Origin: an uncultured Gammaproteobacteria bacterium
GTDB taxonomy: Bacteria; Pseudomonadota; Gammaproteobacteria; UBA9214
NCBI GenBank assembly: GCA_963773065.1
Contig: CAVYZN010000020.1
Coordinates: forward strand, 1 to 49,448
Length of the DNA stretch: 49,448 nucleotides
Direction of reading: 5' to 3'
The translations under genes and the position numbers were made by a program. Below, in pieces: positions 38,669-49,094 of the stretch. Numbering within the stretch: position 1 is the first letter of the stretch; every line of letters begins with the position of its first letter. The notes beneath the pieces are model-generated. The model did no database searches, had not been told where the DNA came from, and was given only the letters and a program-made list of their open reading frames with translations.

Positions 38669-39769
38669 ATGACGCGTCGCTGGTATATCGGATGGGTGCT
38701 GCCGGTGGGTCTGTTCGTCCTGTCCCTGGCCGGCTGCGCGCATGCGCCGGAATTGCATACCGTAGGCCGGCTCGATCAGGCGCCCGGAAATATCACCGTC
38801 ACGCCGCAGCGGCGGATCATCCTGAGCATGCACCCGTTTTTCAACCCCGACTGGCGCGTCGCCGAATGGACCGGCGCAGGACTGCGGCCGTTTCCCGACC
38901 GGGAGATCGCGACCGGCAACGATCCCGGCGTGCCGCTGTACTCGGTGCTCGGTATCCGCAGCGACAGCCGGGGAATCGTCTGGATGCTGGATAACGGCCG
39001 GCGCGGCGCGGCGCCGCCGCAACTGGTCGCCTGGGACACGCGCCGGAACGCCTTGCACAAAATCATCACCCTGCCGGAACCGGTCACTCCCGCCAACACC
39101 TTCGTCAACGACCTGGCCGTCGATGAAACGCACGGCAGTATCTATATCGCCGACCCGGCCGGGGGCGACAATGCGGCCCTGATCGTCGTCGACATGCACA
39201 GCGGGCGCGCCCGGCGCGTGTTGCAGGGGCATCGAAGCGTGGTGCCGGAAGACCTGGATCTGGTCATCGACGGTCACCCGGTGGAAATCCGCCAGGCGGA
39301 CGGTGCGCTCCTGCGGCCCAGGGTCGGCGTTAACCCCATCGCCCTCGATGCCGGCAACGCGTGGTTGTACTACGGTCCCATGTCGGGGACATCGCTGTAC
39401 CGGATTCGCGTGAAGGATCTGCTGAACGAGGCGCTCGCCCCCGAGGCGCTGGCCGGCAAGGTGGAGCGCTATGGCCGGAAACCGGCCTGCGACGGGATCT
39501 CCATCGACAACGCCGGGAACATCTACGTCACGGATGTCGGCAACAACGCCATCGGCGTGATTGGGCGGGACGGCGAGTATCGCATCTATCTTCAGGACCC
39601 GCGCCTCTCCTGGCCGGATGCCTTCAGCTTCGGCCCCGACAACCGCCTCAACGTGGTAGCCAATCAACTGCACAGGTCCGCGCTACTGCATGCCGGCGTG
39701 CCGACCGCCAGCCCGCCATTTTATATCTTTTCCTTCGAACCCCTGGCCGGAGGCGTGACCGGACGCTGA
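38669..39769 (+). CDS. Major royal jelly/yellow-like (SMP-30-like) beta-propeller lipoprotein
   Basis: LAGC lipobox; PGNITV, W.LDNG, FVNDLAVD...IYIAD, DGISID..GN.Y.TD, WPDAFSF; GGAGG RBS. Confidence 0.85.
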   Translation: MTRRWYIGWVLPVGLFVLSLAGCAHAPELHTVGRLDQAPGNITVTPQRRIILSMHPFFNPDWRVAEWTGAGLRPFPDREIATGNDPGVPLYSVLGIRSDSRGIVWMLDNGRRGAAPPQLVAWDTRRNALHKIITLPEPVTPANTFVNDLAVDETHGSIYIADPAGGDNAALIVVDMHSGRARRVLQGHRSVVPEDLDLVIDGHPVEIRQADGALLRPRVGVNPIALDAGNAWLYYGPMSGTSLYRIRVKDLLNEALAPEALAGKVERYGRKPACDGISIDNAGNIYVTDVGNNAIGVIGRDGEYRIYLQDPRLSWPDAFSFGPDNRLNVVANQLHRSALLHAGVPTASPPFYIFSFEPLAGGVTGR

Positions 39770-39947
39770 TAATAGGCACCAGCGTGTCAGCCTTCCAGGC
39801 TGCGGCGAATAATCGACGCCTGAATGGAGTCTGATCCCGTTGGCTTGCTAAGATTTATGCAACTATCCCCTGCGGTAGAGTTGCGGCCTGCCGCCCTTCC
39901 TGGCGATCGACCCGTCATTACAACGCAACCTAGTGTGAATTTAGCGC

Positions 39948-40570
39948 ATGGACCAGAAACCTGTTGAGGATCTGCTGCGGCGGCTGCGGCGCGCCGCGGA
40001 CGCAGAACTGATGGCCCGCTTCAACCGCGTCGGCGCTCGATGCGGCATTGTTCGCCGAGTGGCAGCCACTGGCAGAGATGCGGATGAGCGGGAGCTGGCC
40101 GGCATACTTGGGCGTATGGAACCTGGGGGAAGAGATGGACCTCGATCAGCGCCAGGCGCAAATCGATAAGCCGGGGGCGGGGTTCTGGGTGCTTGATCCG
40201 CTGGATGGAACCAGCAACTGCGTGACCGGCGTGCCGTATTTGCGGTATCTGTGGGGGTGTTAGTAGAGCGCGGGGTGGAACTTGCCATGGTCTATGATCG
40301 CGCGCCAGGAGCTGTTTCATGCGCTGGCGGGGAAGAGAGCCTGGCTAACGGAAAATACTGGGTAAGCGCGCAGCCCTTGCCTCCCTGCGCACGGCAATCG
40401 CGCTGTGAAACAAGCGACAGCCGGCGGAATTCGCACGCCTGGTGGCTGCGGCGCCACGGTTCGAGCGCAGCTTCGGTTCGGTGGGCGGATTGTGGCTGGC
40501 GCCAAACTGCCCTTGTTTTCGCGCAGGCGCGCCTTGCCTCGCACGCCAATCGACGCCCTAAACGCGACGA
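39948..40570 (+). pseudogene. Inositol monophosphatase family gene, heavily degraded
   Basis: LGEEM and FWVLDPLDGTSN...GVPY motifs in broken frames. Confidence 0.7.
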
Positions 40571-40720
40571 GGCCGTGGATATTTTCACGGAGGCTCACAG
40601 GCTGATGCATGCCGTGAACCTGCGGTTCGTTACTTATTCTGACGACGGGGGAAATGTCGGAGCTTGCGTGACGAGCGCCGCCGGATAGCCCGGGTCCGCG
40701 CGGCCTCATCCCGGTTGCCG

Positions 40721-41125
40721 TTATTCGTCTTCGACATCCACCCAGGCATCGTCGGCGCTCTCTTCTTTGACTATGTCTTCGATGTCGTCCTCGCTGCGTG
40801 GCTCTGCCGCCCGGCGCGCGGCGGCGCCATGCTCGGGGATATTCAGGGTGCGGACGCGGCGGTCCTTGAAGTTGCGGCGTGCTTCCGCATAGGCCGCGTC
40901 GAGCTCCTTGATCGTTTTTGCCTCGCCGGATTTTAGCTCGCGCAGTTTCGGCTCGACGATCTCCCGTGAATATTCGAGTATCTCGCGCCGGGCGAGGTTG
41001 AACAGGAACACCGTTCTCACGCTGCCCGTATCCAGACGTTCGTCGCGGATTACCGGTGAGCTGCGGTCGCCCGCCTCCAGGTAACCGTACCAAAGGGAAC
41101 TTTTGATTTTCGAGGATCCCGACAT
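40721..41125 (-). CDS. Hypothetical protein with an acidic tail
   Basis: Clean 134-aa ORF; AGGTGAG RBS-like site; WYGYLEAG...REIVEPKLREL. Confidence 0.7.
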   Translation of the reverse strand: MSGSSKIKSSLWYGYLEAGDRSSPVIRDERLDTGSVRTVFLFNLARREILEYSREIVEPKLRELKSGEAKTIKELDAAYAEARRNFKDRRVRTLNIPEHGAAARRAAEPRSEDDIEDIVKEESADDAWVDVEDE

Positions 41126-41381
41126 TGTCGTCTCACCTGATCGTTTTGGTTCGATGGTTTCATGACCCGCGCCGGATGCCGGCGCTGTGCGGAATATTAG
41201 CCACGTTTATCGATTTGTCCAGATGCAAGTTAAGGGGGCATCTGTCCCGGCGCGGGGCACGGGTCCGAACGGGGTGGGAGGGTGTCTACCCCGGCCGCCC
41301 TGAGGTTTCTTTCCATGCCGCCGGGAATCCCCGTCGGGGCGGGTCTTCGATTACCATTCCATCTTCACGGCCTGATTCACT

Positions 41382-43886
41382 ATGCTGACGCTGCCTATAG
41401 ACCCCCTGTTGCCGGCCTTGCGGCAAACCCTCGCGTCTACCCGCAACGCCGTCCTGCAGGCGCCGCCCGGCGCGGGCAAGACCACGCGCGTGCCGCTGGC
41501 GCTGCTCGATGCCGAGTGGCTCGGCAATAAGAAGATCGTAGTACTGGAGCCGCGGCGCCTGGCGGCGCGCGCGGCGGCGCGCTACATGGCGCATACCCTG
41601 GGGGAGCGCGTCGGCGGGACGGTGGGTTATCGCGTGCGCCTGGATGCGAGCATCGGCCCGCGCACGCGCATCGAGGTGGTCACCGAAGGCATCCTCACCC
41701 GGCGCCTGCAGATGGACCCGGCGCTCGAGGATGTCGGCCTGGTGGTGTTCGATGAGTTCCACGAGCGCAGCCTCCAGGCGGACCTCGGCCTGGCCCTGTG
41801 CCTCGATGCCCAGGGCGTCCTGCGCCCGGACCTGCGCCTGCTGGTGATGTCCGCCACCCTCGATGGCGCGGCGGTGGCGCGGCTGCTCGGGGAGGCGCCG
41901 CTGCTCACCAGCGCGGGCCGCGGCCATCCGGTGGACATCCGCTATCGGCCGGTGCAGTCGCCGTACGTGCGCGAACGGCGGCGGTTCTGCGATGAGGTGG
42001 CGCGTATCGTGTTGGGTGCGCTGCGCGAGGAGAGCGGCAGCATCCTGGTGTTCCTGCCCGGCGCGGGCGAGATCCGCCTGGTGGAGGCCGCGCTGCGGGC
42101 GGCCGATACCGGCGAGGCCGTCATGCTCGCCCCCTTGCATGGCCAGCTCGCCGCGCCGGCCCAGGACACCGCGATCCAGCCCGCCCCCGCGGGGCGGCGC
42201 AAGGTGGTGCTCGCCACCGCGATCGCCGAAACCAGCCTGACCATCGAGGGCATCCGCGTGGTGATCGATGCCGGCCTGATGCGGCGGCCGCGCTTCGATC
42301 CGAACACGGGCCTGACCCGGCTGGTCACTCTGCCGGTGTCGCAGGCGGCGGCCACGCAGCGTACCGGGCGCGCCGGCCGTCTGGAACCCGGCGTGTGCTA
42401 CCGTCTGTGGCCGCAACACCTGCACCTTTTGCCGCAGGGCGCGCCGGAAATCCTCGAGGCCGATCTCGCTCCGTTAGCGCTGGAACTGGCCCAGTGGGGC
42501 GTGCGCGACGTCGGGGAACTGCGCTGGCTGGATCAGCCACCGGCGGCGCACCTCGCGCAGGCGACGGAGCTGCTGCGGCAACTGGGTGCGCTCGATGCCG
42601 GGGCGCGCATCACGGCGCACGGTGGCGCCATGCGGCAACTCGGCGCCCATCCGCGTCTCGCGCACATGATGCTGCGCGGCCGTGAGCTGGGCTGCGGGAA
42701 GCTCGCGTGTGAACTGGCGGCGCTGCTGGAGGAGCGCGATCCGCTGCGCGCGGCGCGCTCGGGCGATGCCGACATGGTCCCGCGGCTCGAACGGCTGCGC
42801 GGCCTGGGCGATTCCGGTGAGGCGGACCGCGGCGCGCTGCGGCCGCTCCGCGATCTGGCCGCGCAATGGCAACGCGAGCTGCGCTGCGCGGGCGCACCGG
42901 CCGATCACGCGGACCTGGCGCTGACCGGCGCCGTGCTGGCCTGCGCCTATCCCGACCGCATCGCGCAACGGCGCACGGGAGCGGACAACCGCTATCTGCT
43001 GAGCAACGGGCGCGGCGCCGTGTTCCTCGAGGCCGAACCCCTGGCCGCGGCGGACTGGATCGTCGCCGCGCATCTCGACGGGGCGCGCGAGGCGCGCATC
43101 TTCCTCGCCGCCGCCATCCAGCGCGAGCAGTTGTTGCATTATCACGGCGCGCTCATCGGCGAGTGGACGTTCGTCGCCTGGGACGAACGCGAACAGGGCG
43201 TACGGGCGCGCCGGCAGCAACGGCTGGGCGAGCTGGTGCTGTCGGACGAACCCTGGGCGGAGGCCGACGGGCAGGCGGTGCAGGCCGCGCTGCTTGCGGG
43301 CATCCGCCGTTGCGGCGCGGGCTGCCTGCCCTGGAGCGATGCCGCGCGCGATCTGCAGGCGCGGATCGGCTTCCTGCACCGGCTAGCGCCGCGGGACTGG
43401 CCCGATGTCCGGGATGAGGCGCTCCTCCCCACCCTGGAGGACTGGCTGTCGCCGCATCTGCAGGGCATGACGCGTCTGGCGCAGCTCAAACGGTTGGACC
43501 TGCGTGCGCTGCTCTTGGAACGCCTTTCATGGGCGGAGCAGCGCCGGCTCGATGAACTGGCGCCCGCCACGCTCACGGTGCCGAGCGGTTCGCGGGTGCG
43601 CCTCGATTACCGCCAGGAGACGCCGGTGTTGGCCGTGCGGCTGCAGGAGATGTTCGGCCTCACCGCGACCCCGCGCGTCGCCGGCGGCCAAGTGCCCGTG
43701 CTGCTGCATCTGCTGTCACCGGCGCGCTGGCCGATGCAGATCACCCAGGATCTCGCCGCCTTCTGGCGGGGCGCCTATCATGAGGTGAAGAAGGAACTCA
43801 AGGGCCGCTACCCCAAACATCACTGGCCCGATGACCCGCTTAAGGCGCGGCCGACCGCAGGCGCGAAGCGCAGACGCAAGGATTAA
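41382..43886 (+). CDS. hrpB: ATP-dependent RNA helicase HrpB
   Basis: APPGAGKTT, EPRRLAAR, DEFHERS, MSAT, ATAIAETSLTI, QRTGRAGR, C-terminal GRYPKH.WP.DP. Confidence 0.97.
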   Translation: MLTLPIDPLLPALRQTLASTRNAVLQAPPGAGKTTRVPLALLDAEWLGNKKIVVLEPRRLAARAAARYMAHTLGERVGGTVGYRVRLDASIGPRTRIEVVTEGILTRRLQMDPALEDVGLVVFDEFHERSLQADLGLALCLDAQGVLRPDLRLLVMSATLDGAAVARLLGEAPLLTSAGRGHPVDIRYRPVQSPYVRERRRFCDEVARIVLGALREESGSILVFLPGAGEIRLVEAALRAADTGEAVMLAPLHGQLAAPAQDTAIQPAPAGRRKVVLATAIAETSLTIEGIRVVIDAGLMRRPRFDPNTGLTRLVTLPVSQAAATQRTGRAGRLEPGVCYRLWPQHLHLLPQGAPEILEADLAPLALELAQWGVRDVGELRWLDQPPAAHLAQATELLRQLGALDAGARITAHGGAMRQLGAHPRLAHMMLRGRELGCGKLACELAALLEERDPLRAARSGDADMVPRLERLRGLGDSGEADRGALRPLRDLAAQWQRELRCAGAPADHADLALTGAVLACAYPDRIAQRRTGADNRYLLSNGRGAVFLEAEPLAAADWIVAAHLDGAREARIFLAAAIQREQLLHYHGALIGEWTFVAWDEREQGVRARRQQRLGELVLSDEPWAEADGQAVQAALLAGIRRCGAGCLPWSDAARDLQARIGFLHRLAPRDWPDVRDEALLPTLEDWLSPHLQGMTRLAQLKRLDLRALLLERLSWAEQRRLDELAPATLTVPSGSRVRLDYRQETPVLAVRLQEMFGLTATPRVAGGQVPVLLHLLSPARWPMQITQDLAAFWRGAYHEVKKELKGRYPKHHWPDDPLKARPTAGAKRRRKD

Positions 43887-43948
43887 TCAATCCATGGATT
43901 TGGTGGAAGCGGGCGTTTATTCTTTGGAGTGCGCTTCAGCCGGGTGCA

Positions 43949-44851
43949 ATGTTTCAGCGACTGCTGCGGCAACTACCCTGGAAAGCCGGAGCAAGAATAG
44001 GACATGCGACGATGAGAAGAATGGCTACAAGAGCGGTATGCGTATTGCTCAGCATCGCCCTGGTGGTGACACAGACTGCGGGCTGCGCGCAAGCGCCGAA
44101 GGTCAATGCGGGCGCCGGGACCAGAATTCCTGTAGTTCCAGCCTCCGATCTTGCCACCAGGCAACCGGATCCCAAGCTCGACATCCGGCTCGCCGGGAAC
44201 GAGGTTTTGCTATTTGGCCGTTTGGAGGTGGTCAGCACAGGGGCCGGAACCACTGCCGATCTGAGGTACGACTCGGCGCTGTTCCTCACCGCGGACGACG
44301 CGCCGACCCAGCCTATCCCGCGCTGGCCCACCACATCGCTCAAGCGCGCGAGCGTTCCGTTTAACCCTTCACAAGATGGTCGCTTCCAGATCGTCGCGCC
44401 CGCCGGGACGTACCGGCTGCAGGTCGTCTATCGGATCCCCGATGTGGGATGGCTAGCCATCGTGCCAGCCGTTCGGATAGAGGCCACAAAAGCTGGCGAG
44501 GCGCTCTACGTGGGCGTCCTCCAGGTCGATCTCGACCCGCAGGCGGTTGTCGAGGCCAAGCGGTCGCAAACCGCCAAGGCTCCGCTCCGTATCCAGATCG
44601 TAGACGACTACACCGCCGACTACGGGGCTCTGACGTCGAGCCAGACCGGGGCTGCCAACTTGCCTGTCGGCAGCGCAATGATGCGCCCCGACGCAGGTGT
44701 CGATGCCACGGCGTTGCTCAGCACAAACACCGCGGCCGAATCCCACGCAAAGAGCCACAGTGTCGTCAAGGGGATTCTGATGGGTATCGTGCTCGTCCCG
44801 CTGTTTGTGGCTGCCATCGCCCTTTCTGTCGTCGCAGGAATATCGAGGTAG
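43949..44851 (+). CDS. Hypothetical lipoprotein with a C-terminal TM segment; start may be about 60-70 bp downstream
   Basis: Hydrophobic signal with TAGC; C-terminal hydrophobic helix. Confidence 0.6.
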   Translation: MFQRLLRQLPWKAGARIGHATMRRMATRAVCVLLSIALVVTQTAGCAQAPKVNAGAGTRIPVVPASDLATRQPDPKLDIRLAGNEVLLFGRLEVVSTGAGTTADLRYDSALFLTADDAPTQPIPRWPTTSLKRASVPFNPSQDGRFQIVAPAGTYRLQVVYRIPDVGWLAIVPAVRIEATKAGEALYVGVLQVDLDPQAVVEAKRSQTAKAPLRIQIVDDYTADYGALTSSQTGAANLPVGSAMMRPDAGVDATALLSTNTAAESHAKSHSVVKGILMGIVLVPLFVAAIALSVVAGISR

Positions 44852-44988
44852 AGCAAGACCCGATATAACTATCCCCGTGATCCCGTTATCTTCGTATTTT
44901 AATGGTCTCCCGTTGATCCTAACCGGATCTGACTCGGTTTCCGCTTTCGGGTTACACTTCGCCTGTTTTCAATCACAGAGTCCGCATC

Positions 44989-45867
44989 ATGAAGTTCACC
45001 GTCGGGGAATTCCGCGCCTGGAAGCACAAGAGCATCACCCTGCTCGGCATGTCGGGGGTCGGCAAGACCTATTTGTCCATGCTGCTGCGCCGCCATCACT
45101 GGTTCCACTACTCGGGCGACTACCGCATCGGCAAGCGTTACCTGGACGAACCGATTCTCGACATTATCAAGCAGCAGGCGATGCAGATCCCGTTTCTGCG
45201 CGAGCTGCTGCGCCGCGACTGGATCTCCATCCGCAACAACATCAAGGTGAACGACCTCGGGCCGGTGCTGAGCTTCGTCGGCAAGCTCGGCGACCCCGAG
45301 CGCGGCGGGGTGCCGCTGGATGAGTTTACCCGGCGCCAGGCGAGGTACCGCCAGGCGGAGATCGACGCCATGCGCGACGTGCCCGAGTTCATCCGCAAGG
45401 CGCAGGAGATCTACGGCTACCGGAACTTCGTGAACGACGTGGGCGGCAGCCTGTGCGAGCTGGAGGAGCCGGCGGTCATCGATCTGCTGGTCGCGCATTC
45501 GCTGATCCTCTACATCCGCGTGACGGAACAGGACGAGGAGGAGTCCTTGATCCGCCGCGCCCAGAGCGATCCCAAGCCGCTCTATTACCGGCCGGCCTTC
45601 CTCGATGAGCAGTTGAAAATCTATCTCGAGCTGCGCGGTCTGGAGTATGCCGCGCAGATGGACCCCGACGACTTCACCAGTTGGGTGTTCCCGCGTCTGT
45701 TCCATGCCCGCCTGCCGCGCTACGAGGCCATCGCCCGCCCCCACGGCTACACGGTTACCTCCCGCGAGGTCGGCGGTGTGCGCGATGAAAAGGATTTCCT
45801 GACCCTGCTGGAATCGGCTATTGCGCGAGGCGATCAAGGGGTCAGAGTCGCGACTCTGACCCCTTGA
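44989..45867 (+). CDS. P-loop ATPase/kinase-like protein upstream of metA
   Basis: GMSGVGKT Walker A; HYSGDYRIG, NDVGGSLCE, PKPLYY. Confidence 0.8.
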   Translation: MKFTVGEFRAWKHKSITLLGMSGVGKTYLSMLLRRHHWFHYSGDYRIGKRYLDEPILDIIKQQAMQIPFLRELLRRDWISIRNNIKVNDLGPVLSFVGKLGDPERGGVPLDEFTRRQARYRQAEIDAMRDVPEFIRKAQEIYGYRNFVNDVGGSLCELEEPAVIDLLVAHSLILYIRVTEQDEEESLIRRAQSDPKPLYYRPAFLDEQLKIYLELRGLEYAAQMDPDDFTSWVFPRLFHARLPRYEAIARPHGYTVTSREVGGVRDEKDFLTLLESAIARGDQGVRVATLTP

Positions 45868-45871
45868 TCGC
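45830..45871. repeat. Perfect 42-bp palindrome (GGGGTCAGAGTC REP-like)
   Basis: GCGATCAAGGGGTCAGAGTCGCGACTCTGACCCCTTGATCGC equals its own reverse complement. Confidence 0.9.
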
Positions 45872-45899
45872 GGGCGCAAGGAATACTGAGGAAACCGCC

Positions 45900-46985
45900 A
45901 TGCCCATCGTCGCCCACAACGATCTGCCGACCTTCGAGCGATTGCGCCAGGAGGGGCAGACCATCCTGGACCCGGACCGCGCCATGCACCAGTACATCCG
46001 GGAGCTGCATATCGGCCTGCTGAACATGATGCCGGACGCGGCCATCGCCGCCACCGAGCGGCAGTTCTTCCGCCTCGTCGGGGAGAGCAATCCCATCGCC
46101 CAGTTCTACGTGCACCCGTTCACGCTGAAGGAACTGCCGCGAGGGTCCCAGGCCCGGGCCCACATCGACCGCTACTACGAACCCTTCGGGAAGCTGCGCG
46201 AGGAAGGGCTGGATGCGCTGATCATCACCGGCGCCAACGTGGCCCACCCCGACCTGGCGGAGGAGCCGTTCTGGACGCCGTTGATCGAGGTGATCGACTG
46301 GGCGCTGGAGAACGTGACCTCGGTGCTGTGTTCCTGCCTCGCCACGCATGCCGTCCTGCAGTTTCATCACGGCCAGAAGCGCAAACCCCTGCCGGCCAAG
46401 CGCTGGGGGGTGTATCCCCACCGCGTGATGAAACCGAAGCATCCTCTGGTGAACGATGTCAACACGCTGTTTGACGTGCCCCATTCCCGCTTCAACGACA
46501 TCAGCCGCGCCCAGTTCGAGGCGGCCGGCCTGCACGTGCTGGTCGAGAGCGAGACGGCCGGCGTGCACCTCGCCGTGAGCGGGGACGGCTTGCGCGTGGT
46601 CTATTTCCAGGGCCACCCCGAGTATGACACCGTGTCGCTGCTCAAGGAGTACAAGCGCGAGGTGCTGCGTTACGCCGCGGGTGAGCGCGGGGATTATCCC
46701 CCGTTTCCGGACCACTACATCAAGCTGAGCGAACAGGCCATCCTCAACGAGTACCGGCGGCGCCTGGAACTCGCCATGGAGGCGGGCCGGGAACCCCCGG
46801 AATTTCCCGAGGCGCTGGTCACTCGGCGCATCGACAACACCTGGCACGACACCGCCGAGGGCATCGTTGGCAACTGGATCGGGCTGGTCTACCAGGTGAC
46901 CCACCGGGACCGGAAACTGCCGTTCATGGAGGGAGTGGATCCGCGCAACCCGTTAGGCATTGATTTCCAGGGAAGCCCTGCATAG
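45900..46985 (+). CDS. metA: Homoserine O-acyltransferase, MetA family (probably succinyl-specific)
   Basis: IRELHIGLLNMMP, ATERQF.RL, IITGA, catalytic Cys in CSCLA, PHSR, GHPEYD; no Glu at the acetyl-specificity position (GANVA). Confidence 0.93.
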   Translation: MPIVAHNDLPTFERLRQEGQTILDPDRAMHQYIRELHIGLLNMMPDAAIAATERQFFRLVGESNPIAQFYVHPFTLKELPRGSQARAHIDRYYEPFGKLREEGLDALIITGANVAHPDLAEEPFWTPLIEVIDWALENVTSVLCSCLATHAVLQFHHGQKRKPLPAKRWGVYPHRVMKPKHPLVNDVNTLFDVPHSRFNDISRAQFEAAGLHVLVESETAGVHLAVSGDGLRVVYFQGHPEYDTVSLLKEYKREVLRYAAGERGDYPPFPDHYIKLSEQAILNEYRRRLELAMEAGREPPEFPEALVTRRIDNTWHDTAEGIVGNWIGLVYQVTHRDRKLPFMEGVDPRNPLGIDFQGSPA

Positions 46986-47078
46986 TATCGCCGGCTGCCT
47001 CGACAATCGTGTTTATCTGCCGCATTGTTAGGCATATAAGCGCCGCCACCCTCGATTCGAATCAACGGAGCAATCCCT

Positions 47079-47837
47079 ATGGGTCTTGAATGGATAGCCG
47101 ATCCCCAGGCATGGATCGCCCTGCTGACCCTCACCGCGCTGGAGATCGTGCTCGGCATCGACAACATCATTTTCATCTCGATCCTGGTGGGCCGCCTGCC
47201 CCCCGAGCAGCGCCAGAGCGCCCGCCTCCTCGGCCTGTCGCTGGCGATGATCACGCGCATTGCCCTGTTGCTGTCGTTGACCTGGATCATGAGCCTTACC
47301 CAGCCCCTGTTCAGCATCGCCGGATGGGAAGCTTCCGGGCGCGACCTGGTGCTGTTTTGCGGCGGCCTATTCCTGCTGGTCAAGGCCACCATGGAAATCC
47401 ATACGGCGATGGAAGGGGCGGAGGAAAGTCCACAACACCGTGCCCTGTCGAAGCTGTCCGCGGTCCTGGTCCAGATCGCCATCCTGGACATCGTGTTCTC
47501 CCTGGATTCCGTCATCACGGCGGTGGGTCTGGTGCAACTGGTGCCGGTCATGATCATCGCCATCGTGCTGTCCGTCCTGGTGATGATGCTGGCCGCGCGA
47601 CCCATCAACGACTTCATCGATGCCCACCCGACCATCAAGATGCTGGCGCTGAGCTTCCTGGTGCTGGTCGGCGTGGCGCTGATCGGGGAGGGTTTCGGGA
47701 TGCACATCCCGAAGGGCTACATCTATTTCGCCATGGCCTTCTCCTTCGCGGTGGAAATGCTCAACATCCGCCTGCGCAAGAAGACCGCGAAGGTGGTGGA
47801 ATTGCACAAACCGATCCGCGAGGACGGGGGGCGTTAA
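47079..47837 (+). CDS. TerC family membrane protein
   Basis: LEIVLGIDNIIFI, DIVFSLDSVITAVG, HPTIKMLAL, KGYIYFAMAFS. Confidence 0.95.
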   Translation: MGLEWIADPQAWIALLTLTALEIVLGIDNIIFISILVGRLPPEQRQSARLLGLSLAMITRIALLLSLTWIMSLTQPLFSIAGWEASGRDLVLFCGGLFLLVKATMEIHTAMEGAEESPQHRALSKLSAVLVQIAILDIVFSLDSVITAVGLVQLVPVMIIAIVLSVLVMMLAARPINDFIDAHPTIKMLALSFLVLVGVALIGEGFGMHIPKGYIYFAMAFSFAVEMLNIRLRKKTAKVVELHKPIREDGGR

Positions 47838-47859
47838 CGAATCTCTGAAAATTCTATTA

Positions 47860-47933
47860 GCCGCCAAGGAGCGTCAAAATATTATTCTTTAAATTCGATT
47901 TTTTCTTAGTGTTCTTGGCGTCTTGGCGGTTCA
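47860..47933. repeat. Degenerate CGCCAAG/CTTGGCG inverted repeat (REP-like)
   Basis: GCCGCCAAGG...CTTGGCGTCTTGGCGGTT around an AT-rich spacer. Confidence 0.5.
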
Positions 47934-47984
47934 ATATATATAAAGATTAGACACCCCCCTTATATTTTACGGCGGCACACCACG

Positions 47985-48641
47985 ATGGTATCCGGGAACA
48001 ATGTCACCGAGCGCCCGCAGGGGCCGGACATCTACGCACGGATCGCCCTGAGCCTGGCGGACCAGGGCTGGTGCGTTACGTCGGATTTTCTCGCCCCGCG
48101 GCTGATCGAGGAGCTGATCGGGGAGGCCGAGCGGATCTGGAACGCCGGCGGCTTCCGCCACGCCGGGGTCGGCCGCAACCCGGATATCTATATCAACCCC
48201 GAAGTTCGCACGGACCACGTGAAGTGGCTGGATCCTCAAACCAGCAGCGACGCCCAGCGTCTGTACCTGCATGCCCTGGAAGAGTTGCGCCAGGCGATCA
48301 ATCGGGAACTGTACCTCGGCCTGTTCGAGTTTGACGGCCACCTGGCGATCTATCCGCCCGGCAGCTATTACCGCAAGCACCTCGACCAGTTCCGCGGCGT
48401 CGGTCTGCGCACCGTGACCTGCATACTGTACCTCAACCGGGACTGGGTCGCTGAGGACGGCGGCCAGTTACGCATCTACACCGACCCGGAGGAGCCGTCA
48501 CACTTCGAAGAGATCCTGCCGCTTGGCGGGCAACTGGTCACCTTTCTCAGCGCCAGCTTTCTGCACGAGGTGCTGCCGGCGCGGCGCCAGCGCATCAGCA
48601 TTACCGGTTGGTTCAGGCAGCACGGCGGGCTGACTCCCTGA
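47985..48641 (+). CDS. 2OG-Fe(II) oxygenase (prolyl-hydroxylase-like)
   Basis: Y.KHLD (HxD), ILYLN..W...GGQLR, HEVLP, R.SITGWF. Confidence 0.92.
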   Translation: MVSGNNVTERPQGPDIYARIALSLADQGWCVTSDFLAPRLIEELIGEAERIWNAGGFRHAGVGRNPDIYINPEVRTDHVKWLDPQTSSDAQRLYLHALEELRQAINRELYLGLFEFDGHLAIYPPGSYYRKHLDQFRGVGLRTVTCILYLNRDWVAEDGGQLRIYTDPEEPSHFEEILPLGGQLVTFLSASFLHEVLPARRQRISITGWFRQHGGLTP

Positions 48642-48896
48642 ACGGCGACAGGTCACTGCGGGTGATGTGAGCCATGCGAAACGATTCCCCCGAAACCTCG
48701 GCCGACATGCGCCGGACGCTGGGCCTCATCGAACTGCGGTTCGCGGGCCGCGCCCGCGGGCGGGCCAGGAAGTCCTGATCTCCGCCGGCGTATCGCACAC
48801 CGTGATCAATAGCGGGACGAACCGGGGTGCGCCATGAATAAGGTTGGGCTCACTGGTCAGAGTTGACCTGGTAGTGATACGCCATTAAAGAACTGA

Positions 48897-49085
48897 ACGA
48901 GTCCTACGATATCTAGGGGGAGTGGATACGGCTTCTTTTTCTTCTCCCGGCAGCAGTCTCGACTGGATGGGCAAGCATGTGGTCCTGACGGAGAGGGGAA
49001 TTCTGGCAGGATCCCGCGCTTGAATTGGCGAATACTATCAACTTTCAAAGATACAATTGAAAGCAATCGCAAGCAGTAATTGAGA
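48897..49085 (+). pseudogene. DUF4160 family gene remnant
   Basis: (ACG)SPTISRGSGYGFFFFSRQQSR...DGEG|FW.DP.LELA resembles DUF4160 PT.....YRFFFFS.E..HVHV...EAKFW; start codon and HVH lost. Confidence 0.55.
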
Positions 49086-49094
49086 GGGATTACG

